Origin: Phoronis australis
Taxonomy: Eukaryota; Animalia; Phoronida
Length of the DNA: 64,000 bases
NCBI GenBank assembly: GCA_002633005.1
Contig: NMRA01000115.1
Span: forward strand, 471,176-535,175
Reading direction: 5' to 3'
The notes under the pieces were generated by a model that ran no database searches, was not told the origin of the DNA, and saw only the letters and a list, made by a program, of their open reading frames with translations. The position numbers and the translations under genes are program-made. Below are positions 38,274 through 51,830 of the stretch, piece by piece. Each line of letters starts with the position of its first letter. Positions within the stretch are counted from its first letter, which is position 1.

Positions 38274-39083
38274 GTGCTTTCTCAGGCCCCTTACTGTAGT
38301 AGTTTTCTTGATGTATTAATTAACCGTCAGAATGACTTATCTATATCAGTGTATAGCAAACCCACTTTCTCAGGTCTGTACCTCAAGTTGGATAGTTTTG
38401 TTCCTAAAAAGCACAAAACTGGTCTGGTCAATGGTCTAATTAATCGGGCCTTTGAAATATGTAGCAATTCTGACTTGTTTGACCGGGAACTTGAATTTTT
38501 AAATAACGTCTTGATTAAAAATGGATACTCTAAAACATTTACAAAATCTTGCACTGACAGGTTTTTACGTAACCAATCCAGGACACCTGCGGATGTTTGT
38601 AATGGGCATGAATTAAAGAAAGTATTTCTCAATCTCCCCTATTTAGGTAACAGTAGTTGTGTAGTCGAGAGGCAGGTTAAGAGAATGCTTGGAGCTATTG
38701 CTCCATGTTTGCAACTCGTTACAATCTTCAAACCTGTAAACAGACTTTTGTCATTGTCGAGACTGAAAACGCCGTTGTGTAAATCTCAACGAAGTCATGT
38801 TGTTTACCAACTCAACTGTATTGACTGTGAACAGTTTTGCATTGGAATGACGAACAGGATTCTTAGCATCAGAGTCAAAGAACACTGTAAAGACACACAC
38901 AGTGCTGTTCTCAATCATTCCTTGACAACTGGTCACACTATAGATTGCTCTGGTGTTCAGATCCTAGACAAAGATAATGCCACCCTCAGGCTCCTCATAA
39001 AGGAGGCTATGCATATACGGTTGAACAAGGCTGAGCGTTACCTAAATAGAAACATTGGTTCATTTGAGCTCCAACTGTTTTGA
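38274..39083 (+). mobile_element. Penelope-like element, 5'-truncated: RT thumb plus GIY-YIG endonuclease (in chitobiase intron 3)
   Basis: FLDVLI, VYSKPT..GLYL, RAFEICS, LPYLG, VVYQLNC..C...IGMTNR.L..RVKEH, SAV..H...GH, KEAMHI. Confidence 0.9.
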
Positions 39084-39172
39084 TTTCTGGTCTCTACCCC
39101 TCACTATGCATTTTGACGAGTACCTGAACAGTCTCTTCTCTACCTGTGTCGTCTGTTTTGAGTCTGTGAACT

Positions 39173-39218
39173 GTTTCCTTGACAATGGTTTAGAGTAACA
39201 AACCGAAACGTTGTATAC
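39173..39218 (+). ncRNA. Minimal hammerhead-ribozyme-like motif (PLE-associated, degenerate)
   Basis: TTGACAA-T-GGTTT(agagtaac)AAACC-GAAA-CG-TT, about 90 bp after the PLE stop codon. Confidence 0.6.
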
Positions 39219-40156
39219 ATGTAGATATGTCTTTACTTACTTACGGGCTAATTTTAAAGTTCGTGATATTAAATAACAAAATACGTTCTGATATAATATC
39301 AGACGGAGGTTGGTGTCGGAGTTTTAAGGATACTTATGACAAAGGTGATTTTGTTTGTGATGAATAGGCCTACTGTAATGAGTTTCATGAATACATTTCA
39401 TACATGTATGTTGTCTTCAATTACCATGGGGATATCAATTCAGATGTGCCTGATAAGTATCCTGAACAAATAACAAGATTGTGTTGTCGGAATTAAAAAG
39501 TTTTCCAAACTTGGTGAAAGGAGGCAAGTCTGCGGCTCCTGATGGTATTCCTATATAATTGTACAAGTAATGCGACTGTTCAAATACATACTAGGCTCGG
39601 ATGTTTACTTTGATCAGTGGACGCTAGGCGCCAATGTTCCTGTTTTTAAAAGTGGGTCAATGAATGATATTGGGCTATAACCTTACTTGACATTGTCGAT
39701 ATTTTTTCAAAATATTGTGCATTCGTCTAAATTCCTGTCGGAGGTTCAAGCCAGACTTAGAAGTAATTATACTACTCTTGATAACATATTTGGGTGTGGG
39801 TTAAAAAACAAATTATTAGGTAGTCGTATAACCGGGAAAGTGTGCAATATACAGAAATGTCAAGTCGTCCGTTCAGTTAAATCAGTTTCGTGACACTACG
39901 GACTACTTTGAGTGTTGGATGGGATCCGTCAATGTTGCCAGCTGTCGCCCTTTATGTTTTGTTTAATGGTGAAGAGAGTTAGCAGATGCCTTGGACAATT
40001 TTGGGGTGTCATCATGTAATGTGTTAGTCTGTGAAGTTGCTACGGTTCATTTACCAAGTAGGGTGTTGTTGAATGAAGTGGAAATTAGTGGTTAATGTTT
40101 ATAAAACAAATATCATAATATTTTGAAGGGGTGGGAAATTATGTAATTATGAGAAG

Positions 40157-40409
40157 CATGGGCGCACCCAGGGGAGGGGCTCGGGGGGATTCGAACCCCC
40201 CCCCAGTTTGGCGAATTGTGCAAAAAGGTCCGTCTCAGTGAAACAAAAAGTCCGTCGAGTAAACAAGACAAAAATTCACAAAATCAAAGTCGGTGCGGAT
40301 GCACAATTCGTAGGCCTAAACCTTCACTGGTCCCGTTTTTTTCTACTCCTAGGGGATTTCTGTCAGTAATATTCGAGACCCCTATATTTTAGGCTGGGTG
40401 CACCCATCG
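40157..40409. mobile_element. hAT5-like MITE, TSD AGAAG (or GAGAAG)
   Basis: TIR CATGGGCGCACCCAG / CTGGGTGCACCCAT; homolog of 54394-54648. Confidence 0.85.
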
Positions 40410-40509
40410 AGAAGTGGAGTTAAACGGTGAAATTAAAGCAGAGATATTCCCAGCTTTGGCAAGGAAAAATGTCATCTTTTTGTACACCTCACTGTTACAG
40501 GCTTCATAA

Positions 40510-40886
40510 AAATGGTCTAATAATGGAAGAGTATCATGTTAAATGGTCTTATATCGGAAAAATATCATGTTAAATGGTCTTATAATGGAAGAGTATCATG
40601 TTAAATGGTTTTATAATGGAAGAGTATCGTGTTAAATGGTCTTATAATGGAAGAGTATTATGTTAAATGGTCTTATAATGGAAGAGTATCGTGTTAAATG
40701 ATCTTATAATGGAAGAGTATCGTGTTAAATGGTCTTATAATGGAAGAGTATCGTGTTAAATGGTCTTATAATGGAAAGAGTATCATGTTAAATGGTCTTA
40801 TAATGGAAGAGTATCGTGTTAAATGGTCTTATAATGGAAGAATATCATGTTAAATGGTATTATAATGGAAGAGTATCATGTTAAAT
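40510..40886. repeat. 31-bp minisatellite, about 12 copies
   Basis: Unit AAATGGTCTTATAATGGAAGAGTATCRTGTT, with no spacers. Confidence 0.95.
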
Positions 40887-41212
40887 GCTTAAACACTGAA
40901 AAGCATATATCTGCTGCTAAACTTAGATGTGTAAAAATCATTTATTGAAAATGGTAAGCGAAAAAATAAGATCCTCACTAGAAGAGCGCTTTGTACCGTA
41001 CGTTCTAAAGGAATAGTTGAAGATGAAATTCATTTTTATTTGATTGTCGTACATACATTGTAAGTATGCTGATTTGAGAGCAAAGCATGGTTATACCAAG
41101 GCTTAAAAATTAGGATTAGTCCGGATTCGAACTGAATACCTATGTGTTCACGACAGGGTACTTTAAACATAAAATTTTACTAGTAAAGTCACTGCCCTAG
41201 ACTTCAGTTTAA

Positions 41213-42854
41213 AGGAGAATGCCACCCAAAAAACAACCTATTTTGTATAAATTTAGATCGAGTAGTTCTACTCGATAACGGCACGTTCGCTTGCGTTACC
41301 TGACACCTGACGGCAGACGGAGGTGTTGCAATTTTCCAATGACGTCATTGGTTTTACACGCAGTCTGTTCAGCAGTTCAGAACACGGGTTAGTGGTGTCA
41401 GCTTATCGCTTGAATTCATCGTTTAACATCAATAAACCATCAAACTTCGATGTAAAACCCTTAAAAATACACAGAGTTCTTATAAAAACGCGTTGTTTTA
41501 TTTCGCTGTTACGGATTTACTGGTATTTGGACACACCGTAGCCTACAAAGTTCGTCAGGCCAATTTACCAACGGTAATGCCGTAGCAGGAGTTTGGGGTC
41601 TGTTCGGAGATAAATTCGAAGCATTCTTCCGTGAAATACAGACAGGAGAACTTAGATCTGTGTTGTTTATACTTGTGATTTATTGAGTTCTAAACACACA
41701 AAACGCTTCTTATCCCGGCCAGTGGCTCGGAACCCGATCGGGCCCGTCGCGGCCGCCGGGACTGGCACGAACATATACCAGCTTGAGTTGGAAATTAAAT
41801 CTCCGGTCACGAAAAGACTATAATAGTGAGCCAAAAAAATTATGTGCACGTAATTATTTATGTGAATTAGCTCCGAAACTGAAAATCTACTTACTTGTCG
41901 GGGGCCGCGAAGTTCCCCTTCCACAGACCGTCAGGGCAAAGGTTGTACAGCAACAATGATTTGAATAATGTAGTTGTATTTCTAAATAAAGATTACCCTA
42001 ACATGTGACCATAGCATATAAAATCGAGTAATTGTTTCACAACAGCTTTCTGTCAGCAAACACTGAATTAGCATGCGCTCACACAGCCTCGGTGCCCGGT
42101 CAATTACCTTTGTTGCCGGCATCAAAAGCCGGTAAGGCAGTGGTTTATTCATAGCTGGCTTCTCAAAACATTTGCACTCACGAGCACTCCAATGCATTAC
42201 AAATTGTGTCTAATGAGACACACTTTGTTTCAGTTTCATATAAGCATTGTTTAGGATGAGAATAAATCATTTTGAAACAGAGCGCATAATAATAAACGTC
42301 TACAAGGCAACTCGCCCTGCGCCAATCCCGACTTAGTCAAGAGCTCATCCAACGAAGACTTCACGGGTCGGATCGTTAGGTTTCACAGGCTATCAGTTTG
42401 AACCGGAATACACTGATCAAGAAATACTAGAGAGGCGCCGTGAACATGCATAGGCAACGGAACATATGGATAGTTCTTTGGTAAGCCGGAATTCGTTAGA
42501 GAAATCACTGTCGACGAAATTCCGGCATCATACTTGCTATTAACAGCATATCTTTCATTCTTCACTACCGCGAGCCATTTCCTAAGCATTTCAGGCTCTT
42601 GAGGAAGTCGAAAAAACGATATACCCGCTTTCTTCGCAGCTTCATATTTCGGACAAGCGGGAATCGATGCACCGCAATATAGCGGCATTCACTCTGCAGA
42701 CGAACCACTGACGTCGCTGCGTCGCTTCTCACCTTCCTCAGAGCTTAACGCGACACCTCTCGGCAAGGTGAGGTCGACCGTATATAAGAGGCGATGTGGA
42801 TATAGACCGATTAAGACGGTAAAAAAGACTAATTAAATCGGGTGGCATTCTCCT
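41213..42854. mobile_element. Kolobok-like non-autonomous element copy 2 with THAP remnant (42383-42688, -)
   Basis: Perfect TIR AGGAGAATGCCACCC, TTAA TSD; MPLYCGAS..ACP...FFRLP...RKWL. Confidence 0.88.
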
Positions 42855-43440
42855 TTAATTTTGTCGCCCTAGACTTCAGTTTAATTTTGCCAGACATCGG
42901 CGAGAGCAGGCGATTTGTAATAAAATCACCAAAATACAACTCATTGTATTATTTACAACTCTAGTCCAAGCTCAAAACTTCAAAAGGTCCATTCACCCAG
43001 GATTGCAAATATTCATTTAGGTCGTAAAAACGATAATATCACTTTAACAGGTGTTGCAAAATGCCATTTGAATAGATGCAACGATGAACATTAAAACAAT
43101 TCAAAGACGCTCCCTAATGAGGAATCTAAAGTAAAGCGAGTATGTAGTATTGCATTTGCTCTCCCTGACAATCAGATTGCCGTAGGTGAGTTATGAAACA
43201 GTGCGACAGTTTGCTTGGGAAACTACGGCCCTGGAAAACCTCGAAAATCTCGGTTACCGGATTAGGTTATCAGTAAGGGAAACAGCAGACTTGAAGCCAA
43301 GTGAGCAAAAGTGTTTGCTTGGCGTTGCTTTTTATGCTCTGAGTTATAATATACGGTCATACTTTTTTTCTGTAAATGGGCGCACTCGCATGCTAGGACC
43401 AGGTATCGATAAGATAATACATGCAAGTATTGGCATTGCC

Positions 43441-45505
43441 AATTGACCTATCGCAAGCTCCGCCCCTATGCGAAAAGTCACGTGATACCCGACATTCGAA
43501 CGAGATGTCAGAGGCAAATACACTGTCGCTAAACGACGTTCCTGGTGGAATCGATGAGTGTTTTTGCACTATTTGGAAACGCGTCGGCAGAGACAAAAGG
43601 CGATGCTTTTCAACAGTGAATCGTACGTTCATGATATGGGAATTTGTAAAGGTGACGATGAAAAAATAAGTGCTCGAGGAGCCAGCGAAAATCCGAAGAA
43701 CCCCTCGGCCTCGGGGCCACCTTCACCTGACAAATGACAAGGCCACGGATACGATATATTCTTGTAAAGCTGGGTATGTACCTTAAAGTCGAATTATATG
43801 TACGATTCCATAGATTTCATGATCTTTCGAATAAAATCAGTGAAGATTCACCAATATTTTTATTCTGTCGTCTGCTAAATTTCGCCAAATGAAAAGTAGG
43901 TCCCAACTGGTGGGACTTCTGGAGTAAAGTAGGTTATAGATTACAGACAACACATGTACTATAGTCTCTGATTAGATTGACTCGATAGCTTTTCTAATCT
44001 TGTAACGAAATATTTTGATAAAAAAATCAGGTTCATAGCTCAGGTACACACTCATCTCGTCCTCCGGTAGGTCTAGGGCTGTGTCTAAGTAAAATTAATG
44101 TCTGGAATTCAGTGGCGGATCTAGGATACCACGGGGGGCCCAACATATGTTGCCTCGTGGAATTGGGCAAAGTGCGATTGTATGTGCACAGGCGGCCAGG
44201 GATGTAGACCGTTGGAACTTCTGTTCAGAAAATCTATCGGTGGACTAAAAAAAAAAACTGGAACACGATTCCGCCGCGATCTGGGGTCTGAGCCACCCCT
44301 CTTTTGCTACCGGTCCTAGTTACTGAACTCAACGTTTCCTCACGCTCTTGCCGTTTCATTTTGCTTCCGGCAGCCAAGGGGGGGGGCTGGGGCCCCTGCC
44401 CTCCCCCCTCTAAATCCGCCTATGGAATTGTCCGTTTGCACCATTAAGACATTTTAATTAGGTCTACCTTCTTATGAACTTGGCATTTTTTGTAGTTTCA
44501 TTCCATAAAGGTAGCTTTCATTTAATTTTGAAGGTAGCATGAATCACTAAGTCGTGGTATGGTTACAAAAGATTACAAGTCTGGTGTGGTAGTTGCAAAA
44601 ATAGGGTATTTACAAAAATAACTCAAATTCTTTTTTAAAGCTTCATAAAAATAAATATCATGTTTGAACCACTCCAAAATGAGCTCTCTCTAACTCTACA
44701 GACATAGTGTATACTAAAGGTACAAGTCAAAAAGTAATTCAATAGTTTATTTTTAGTGACTGACAACAGCTCGACCAAGGCTTTGAGTTCCGGCAGTAAT
44801 CCAGTGCCCTTCCCTGTGCCCTTCCCTGTGCCGATCGAATCTCCGAATTTTGACCGGAAGAGAAGTTCAGTTGAACGCCAGCTTACGGTTTATGAATAAC
44901 AAAACTGTACCTCTGATACGAAACAAAATAATGTCCATTAGGTTGAAATAAATAAAAAAACATAAAATGAAAATGTCCTTGAAAACGACAATTTCCGGGG
45001 ACTACCGCTAGAGTGCTGAGATCCAGCAGGTGTCGAGACAAAGGCGGCCAAACGTAGCCAACTCGGGAGTCAAAATCTGAGATAGCCCTGCACCATAGCC
45101 ACCAAGCTGAAAAGTGCGTATCTTGGAACTAACATATTTTGTGTTTATTATAGCCTTCGAGTTATCAAGCAACACCGCTAAGTTCAGCTGCTCGTGTGGC
45201 CGTACAGTTTGATCCATAGTTTACGCTTTCAACATCATTTTTCGGCTTAGGACATGTCAAAAAATGACGGGGTATTATTCTGAAGCAGCATAACGGCTGT
45301 CGGTGCTACACACGTCATATTAAGACCGTTTCCCCATTCTTAGCGGACAATTTCTTGAGCTATAGACTAAAGTAAGTTTTACTCGACTGCGTGTGGTTTG
45401 TTGGGTAAAATGGTGGCTTGGAAACGCAGACGAAGGTGTGCCAAGAATGCTGCGTTCTGATTGGTCAATTAAGCCGTCCGTCATAATCCTGGCGATAGGT
45501 CAATT
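43441..45505. mobile_element. Non-autonomous DNA transposon with AATTGACCTATCGC TIRs
   Basis: 14-15 bp perfect inverted termini; second partial copy at 4890-6037; superfamily uncertain. Confidence 0.7.
44110..44424 (+). mobile_element. hAT5-like MITE, 5-bp TSD GAATT
   Basis: CAGTGGCGGATCTAG...TAAATCCGCCTATG. Confidence 0.85.
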
Positions 45506-45902
45506 GACGGCTGCACTTTCGCTGGTCTCTCGAAAGACATTTGCGCCTTACATAACGATAAGTCTGGATGATCTCGGACCATTTCCCCCATGATTCAGCA
45601 TTCTATTCACTTAAACTGATAGAGTAATCTTGTAGAATTGCAAGCTTACTCGAAGTTATCTCGACAAATTGGCAGGAAACTAAGCTTACGTGTCCATCTT
45701 TTTATATTGGAAAGGATTGCCGTGTAGATTTCGTATTTAGTTTAACCATTGATCTGAGTTTTCAGAATAGAAAATCACAAACACCGACAGTTATGGTAAT
45801 CATGCAACAATGCAGTCTGGTGTGCGTACAGTAAAACACGCTTTTTGAGAAAAGCAGGAAGTCATGCAAGTCTGTGGAAAATTACGCCATGAGTAAGCTC
45901 AC

Positions 45903-46162
45903 CATTTGCTGTATGAGAGCGTTATTTACCTTTTGCTCCGGTTCGAGAAGGCTCATCAAACTTTGTACACCATAGAACACGCCACTTGGTGTCTCTCCCT
46001 GTATGTGAATTTTTTCATTCTGGGGTTCCATGGAAATCTGGTACTGATCGTTGAGTCTGTCGCCCGAAATGTTGAGTCCCGTATCCTTCACTTGGCCAAT
46101 ACTTAACAAAATGACACTACTGCTGGATGGATTGCCTGATGAGATTGTTAAGCCCAGCAAAC
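45903..46162 (-). CDS. Chitobiase exon 3 (GH20b domain)
   Basis: Acceptor cttcacag|, donor ATG|GTGAGC; DQYQISM..IHIQGETPSGVFYGVQSL. Confidence 0.9.
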
Positions 46163-46927
46163 CTGTGAAGAGCAATGCCAATCTCATCCCTGCTCATCAA
46201 GAAAAATATCCGAGAAAATGACACCTTACTTACCAACCTTCGTGTAAGAATCGACAATTTACAACCTATACAGACAGTACTTACAATTGGTCCTAAGTTC
46301 TTGTGGTTTTTTCATACGTTCAAGGGTTGGAAAAAGCATGCTAACAAAAGAAAGTGCATACATGTACATGTATAATACAATTTTTACTGGTTCATCGGTG
46401 CCACTTTTTCTAATTAAGGGTGTAGTAAATCCTCTTTTAACCTACTTTTATTTTATAAAGGTAAAAAGAAATAAAAAAAATGTAATAGCCACTGAAGCAT
46501 TTAAATTTTGTAATAAATGATGCCTCGTTAGCCTCATCAACTTTTAAGAGTTTAAAAGCTCCTTGTAAAGTGCATGTATTTTTAACCGACAAGCGCGACT
46601 AACGCTTCAAGTGATCACTCTACGGCCCTGTGAGATAAGAGCGTGGCGAGTAAGATTTTTAGATAACCAACGTTTTATCTGCGATGCATAAAACTTTTAA
46701 ATTATCAAAACACCCATTGGATAAGTCTGATTGTTGCGTGACAATGGCAACGTGTCGCGTGATAATGCTATACATCGTTGCGGTTATCCAGCTTATGGCC
46801 GTTTTATGCAGCAGGTAATGAAATACGCAATAGCAGATGAAAGCACTAGCGCTCGATGGAACTATTAAAATAGAACTAACTCTAAGAAATAATGCTCATA
46901 AAATGGTCTGTCTCATAAGAATCTTAC

Positions 46928-47590
46928 CAGCAACTGTCTTCGCTATGTTTTTCAATGCATCGTTGCTGGTTTCCACGGTCCAGTCCCCATTTATTTGCAT
47001 TGTTCCACTTCCTTTTTCAATCTTGGCCGGTGTAGGTACAATATTAATGTCACGGGAAATGTATCTCGTCTCTATGGCTTTGTTAAGATCGTACCTTACC
47101 TCCGCAGAATATGGATCGTACTTATCGTCGGCGTACCTTTTCCATTTGGCTGGAGAGTCAAAAGCTGTTACGAAATCGAGTCTTTCGTCTGCAGTGTTAT
47201 CCAATATTCGCGGGTGAATGCTTCCATCTTCGTCAGCAGCAACGTACCAATTTCCCATTGTGTCTGTTCGTGCTACGTCCCAAGCGTCTCCCGTTATTTT
47301 TAAACTGACTTCCCCACCATCGGGGATGGATTCGCGGATCTGGATTTTGAATAAACAGCCGTTGATGTGGGTCATTGTTCCTGGACCACTGTCTAAGGAA
47401 ATGATATTTCGTATGTGGCACAAATATATGCTCCATCCTTCGTGCTTGATTTCCACGTTTCCTGTGTTTTTTAATATTATTTTGAAGGTATAATGCGGTA
47501 CACTCGCGATGTTGTCTATGACGTCATACGTCACATGAAGTTTCCTTCCTATGTTGTTAATCTCCGACTGTGTTATCGAAGTGGATAGTC
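46928..47590 (-). CDS. Chitobiase exon 2 (N-terminal carbohydrate-binding CHB_HEX-like domain)
   Basis: Acceptor ttattccag|, donor G|GTAAGA; WSIYLCHIR, HINGCLFKI, WDVARTD..NWYV, WKRYADDKYDPY, IVPTP. Confidence 0.9.
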
Positions 47591-48499
47591 CTGGAATAAG
47601 CATGGAGTTATTAAGCGCTTGTTATGGTGTGCTGACTGTGACCAATTGGTGTGAACGAGTACGAGGGCAGATTTAAGGACCCATCCAGATATGGCCGAAG
47701 GTACGCCACAGTCTAAATAAAAATGGCGTCACCATATCGTTAGTAGGGTTTTAGGGCTATCACGAATGTTGGATCTCCGTGGTGGATCCTTTCGGGATAT
47801 CTTGGAGAATTCAAAACTGGCACCCAGTCGCCACCAACTCCTCCGTCGACACATATTTTATCCCACCTCCCTCCACCGATCCTCCTCGCTCTCTTTACAA
47901 ATGACTTTCCCTTATTTTGTATGCTCCGCAGCACAATTTCTTTGTTTTGCCTATGATACTCTGAAATATTTCCCGACTCGGGGTGAAAATTACACCCTGC
48001 CGAATATGCCGCTTTTTACTATCTCCTTGTTTGAATTTTCATCAGAGCTCTAATGAAAAGCAGGGTATGTTCGCTAGGGCTGATTTTCTGCAGTCTTTTG
48101 CTAAGCTGAAGGGCAGATCAGTGGTAATTGGTTCAGGTGGTTGTGAGTTGGCAGTTAGCGGTGTGGGTACATATTGTGTACAGTACTTTCGTTCTCACCC
48201 CAAATTAACAAGCCCATTTGACAATGAACGAGTAGAATAAATTAACTATAAAGCTCGTATTGGATTTAAATGTAATATTAAACGTGTTGTTCACTTGTCT
48301 GCCTTCACACTTTGGTCATGAATTACTCGTTACCTATACATCTACAAAACCTGCGGTCAGTCGACCGTGTATGAAATGTACATGTCATAGTTTCATGCTT
48401 TCTACGTTGCCTAGTAACAAGGCTAGGCATTCTTCCAAGCGTGTAATGATTAATGAATACTACCTATGAGGCGACACGAGAACATTTGGTAACATGTTT

Positions 48500-48888
48500 C
48501 TCAAGTCTTGATTCCGTCAGCCTCAAAGCGTTAGATTTTCCCCACAAATAATAGGGCCGTTCCGGATTACACAACGATAAGCTTTCCTTTGCCCGGAGAT
48601 AGGAAAGCGTGTTCTTTTCATTGGTCTTCGGAATGCCAGGCACATATTCACAGGTCGGACCGGAAATATTACCAGTTTCAAGGATTTGAAAGTACCGGAA
48701 TTGAAAAGACATCTTCAAGAAAGGGGATTCTATCTTGCTTAATCCACTCGCTCCACATTTTCTTGTCTTTGTTTGATATCGGGAAGATGAAAACCTTAAC
48801 ATCAAGCCTACACAGATATTTGATGCCGCTTTCTGCCATTGGAGTTGCAGCCCACAGCACAGTATTGATACTTCGTTAGCATTAGCAT
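48500..48888 (-). pseudogene. Frameshifted THAP-domain remnant (DNA transposon)
   Basis: YCAVGCNSNG in one frame and VFIFP...KMWSEWIK in another. Confidence 0.55.
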
Positions 48889-50569
48889 TGTAGCGGAGAA
48901 AAGCTTGTAAAGAAGGCAACAACAAAGAACATGTGAAAGTCAAATGGCGCCAAAACGAGCTGAAATGTGCTTGGCGGATATTGCGACATTCTGGGTTCAT
49001 TTAGCGAGATTCAAGTGTCGCTGCATAATCCGGAACAGAGCTTTTACCTATATCTAGCGCAGTAGGTAGGTACAAAATTGCTATAGGCGGAACTTTTGGG
49101 ATTCTTCCCACTCTCAGTCGGTCACAGATCCTTCAGAATCGAATAAGCTACTGAAAAGTTTGGTACAGTGTATGTGTACGTTTTGTTTTAGACTCTACTA
49201 ACCAAGCCTCTAAATAAAGTCCTAATCTGTATATTTGTGTTTAGCAGTAGGGAATCTTTGGCATTTTGATGTACGCTTTACGAATTTTGTCCAATAATGA
49301 AAGAACAATGTGGTTTTAAGGAAAACAGTACAAACAGTTTTCGTAAAATTAACCAAATAGTGGCTTTAATTTGACTCTTTAAAGGTGCACTTCATGTCCT
49401 TTAACGACATAGTCATTAGGATCCTGATTTTCAATATCTTTATAGACTTGTCTCACAAATTTTTGACATCATGAATTGAAAGGTCACCCGACATTGACTT
49501 GAAACAACTCAACTGTGGACAAGTTAGCTAAGCTCGTTAAAAGTGAAAGACCTCTCGCTTACGTTTTATTAGTAGACACCATAAATAAATGATGATATAT
49601 ATATAGAGAGTGAAAGCAAATACCCCGTTGATGGGACCGTCTCAGACCATTACCAGTGGTCACACTGGTGAAGAACTTAAATAAACATTTCAGACTCGTG
49701 CCTTGCCCAGCTAGTCTAATCATTCCTATTTGATCAAGATGCCCTAAAGAGGCCTACTAAGGCACGTTATCGATGAGCAAAATATTCTGAGAACAACCTT
49801 GGCGTGGATTAGACCGTCCAACCCCCCAAGTCGCAGACAAACACTGTGGTGAATGGCGGAGCTAAACTCTACTCGATAAATGATTTAGTGTTTTAAGCGT
49901 ATTAAACCGGTTATAGATGCTATGTCTCAAAACCATGAATTTTGTAGCAAGCGCCACCTTGTGACTTCCTAGAGAACTATGTGTACAAGTATAATCAGGA
50001 ACAGAAATAATTTGTAAACAAAATGCGGTTTTAAGAAAAACACCACAACTGATACAATTAAAAATAAGTGTGAACGTATAGAAAAGCCTAGTATTTCCAA
50101 ATATCATGCAACCGTTATGTGATAATTAAATAAACAAATAATAAAAACAGTACCTTGTTTTATTACGGTGACGATGACATTTCATCATGCTCATTTGCAT
50201 AAAAATAGTCTAGCAAAACGAGACTTTCGCGAGATTGTAATGGCAATTGGCTCTCGGATAGTTTACAGCACCTTGGAAGACACGGTGTTGTCTGCAAACT
50301 AGAACTTCATTTGCATATCCACAATTAAATGAGACATAGCATCTTTAAGTCACTAGACGACTCTTCATTTCAACGAATGTCTGCCAGACAACGGCAAGAA
50401 TTAATCATTTGTAATGAATTCATAAAAACACAGCATTCTTTGTTGTTTTATAATATCTTTATAAGTCTATTCCAACAAACGATAATTAACGAAAACGTGT
50501 TTTTCGGCAGTAAAATTGACAATCTCCCTTTAAATTTTTAATGTTAAGCCATGTTCCAGAAACTGTGAA

Positions 50570-51830
50570 TCTGTGTTGCTTAAATCAGTTTTTATGACTT
50601 TTGTTAGTGGACAAAAATATACATGTAAATCAACAGTCAGCAAGTTCCTTATGATCAGAAATACAAAAAACGGACAGGTTCATTTTTCAACCTATTCGAA
50701 ATAAGAACAAACACGCAGGATGAACATTTACAATCAGGATCAGATTGTCTTCTTCAAACAATTTTGTTGTCCCCAGACACAAAGCTTCGTTATACTCCAA
50801 GTTCTTTTTTATTCAAGCCATTGGAGAATGGAACAATTTTCCAAATATCCTAAAGGGAGTGGATGGTTATGATGACTTCAGGCATCAACTACTTGTGGAT
50901 GTTGTCATCACAGCTGTACCTCCTTTCGTTTCAGTCATTTGTCATCTCTTGAATTCATTGTAGATATCTAATTTATTTTTCATTCATTTTATACATTTAA
51001 TTTGTAAATATCCATTTAATTTAACTTAAAGAGGCATGAACGTGAAAGCTCATCAAAATTTCTTTTTTAAACAATTCTTGACGAAATTCCCTTCTCACAA
51101 CGTCTATTGTAAAGTAATTCTCTTTCCACTGTGAGGAAATTTTCAGAAAATGTCACAAAATTCACGATTTTTGAAATACGCGCGAAGGAAGAACATTGTG
51201 GTTACCACAGAGTTTCTAATCTCCTCCCACGTGCTCTCGTTGTCAGTTGCTGGAAGTCTCTTGAGGTCGAAGGTCACATTCTCCACGTACAGTAAGAGAA
51301 ATGTGCTACGTCGACGTCTTACCATACCAAATAAGGAGACGTGTTTTGCCTTTTGGGAGAAAAGTCGACGAAGTGGCGAGCAGTTAACATATCGTTTTTT
51401 ATGAAATTTGAAACAAAAATAAAATGGTTTGATTTCAACAGAAATATAAATTTTTACGAACAAATCCTAAAAATGGTGAGCAGGTTGCTTTATGTTTCAG
51501 TCGAAGAGAGCAACTTTCCGTATTGCAATTTAGTCTGTTTATCTCGTTCCAGGCCTCTTCAAATTAATTTATTCTATTTTAATTTATTTAAATTGGTTTA
51601 TTGATGCAAGAGGACCATGCTGTATATTAGCCCTTGGTTAAGCATGTTTTAAGTTGTATTGCATTTTACCCTTTACAAACAAAGTTTATTAATATGATTT
51701 TTATTAGTACTACCATTATTACTATAACTACCGCTACCATTCTGTCACTGTCATTGTCAGTATCATTATCATAATTACTGTCATGGTTATTATTATCATT
51801 ATCATTATTATGATTTTTGTAATTGTTATT
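50570..51830 (+). mobile_element. CR1/L2-type LINE 3' end with (ATT)n-like tail, split by a MITE
   Basis: NNFVVP...FFIQAIGEWNNFPNILK....DFR; ATT-rich tail at 51690-51830. Confidence 0.65.
51030..51558. mobile_element. Kolobok-like MITE
   Basis: TTAA|AGAGGCATGAACGTGA ... TCTCGTTCCAGGCCTCT|TCAA. Confidence 0.6.

Larger units (their letters stand above)
39520..41080 (+). pseudogene. Degraded LINE ORF2, interrupted by a MITE and a minisatellite
   Basis: KSAAPDGIP, DQWTLGANVPVFKSG, LRSNYTTLDNIF, and C-terminal LCTV..KGIVEDEIHF.FDC..Y. Confidence 0.7.

Noticed and set aside
40510-40886. CRISPR-like array (31-bp repeats; also the 22-bp and 52-bp arrays)
   Set aside because: Units are contiguous with no unique spacers, there are no cas genes, and the context is eukaryotic.
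47591-47603. MLIP as the chitobiase start codon
   Set aside because: It overlaps the acceptor cttattccag and gives no signal peptide; exon 58094-58025 supplies one in the correct phase.
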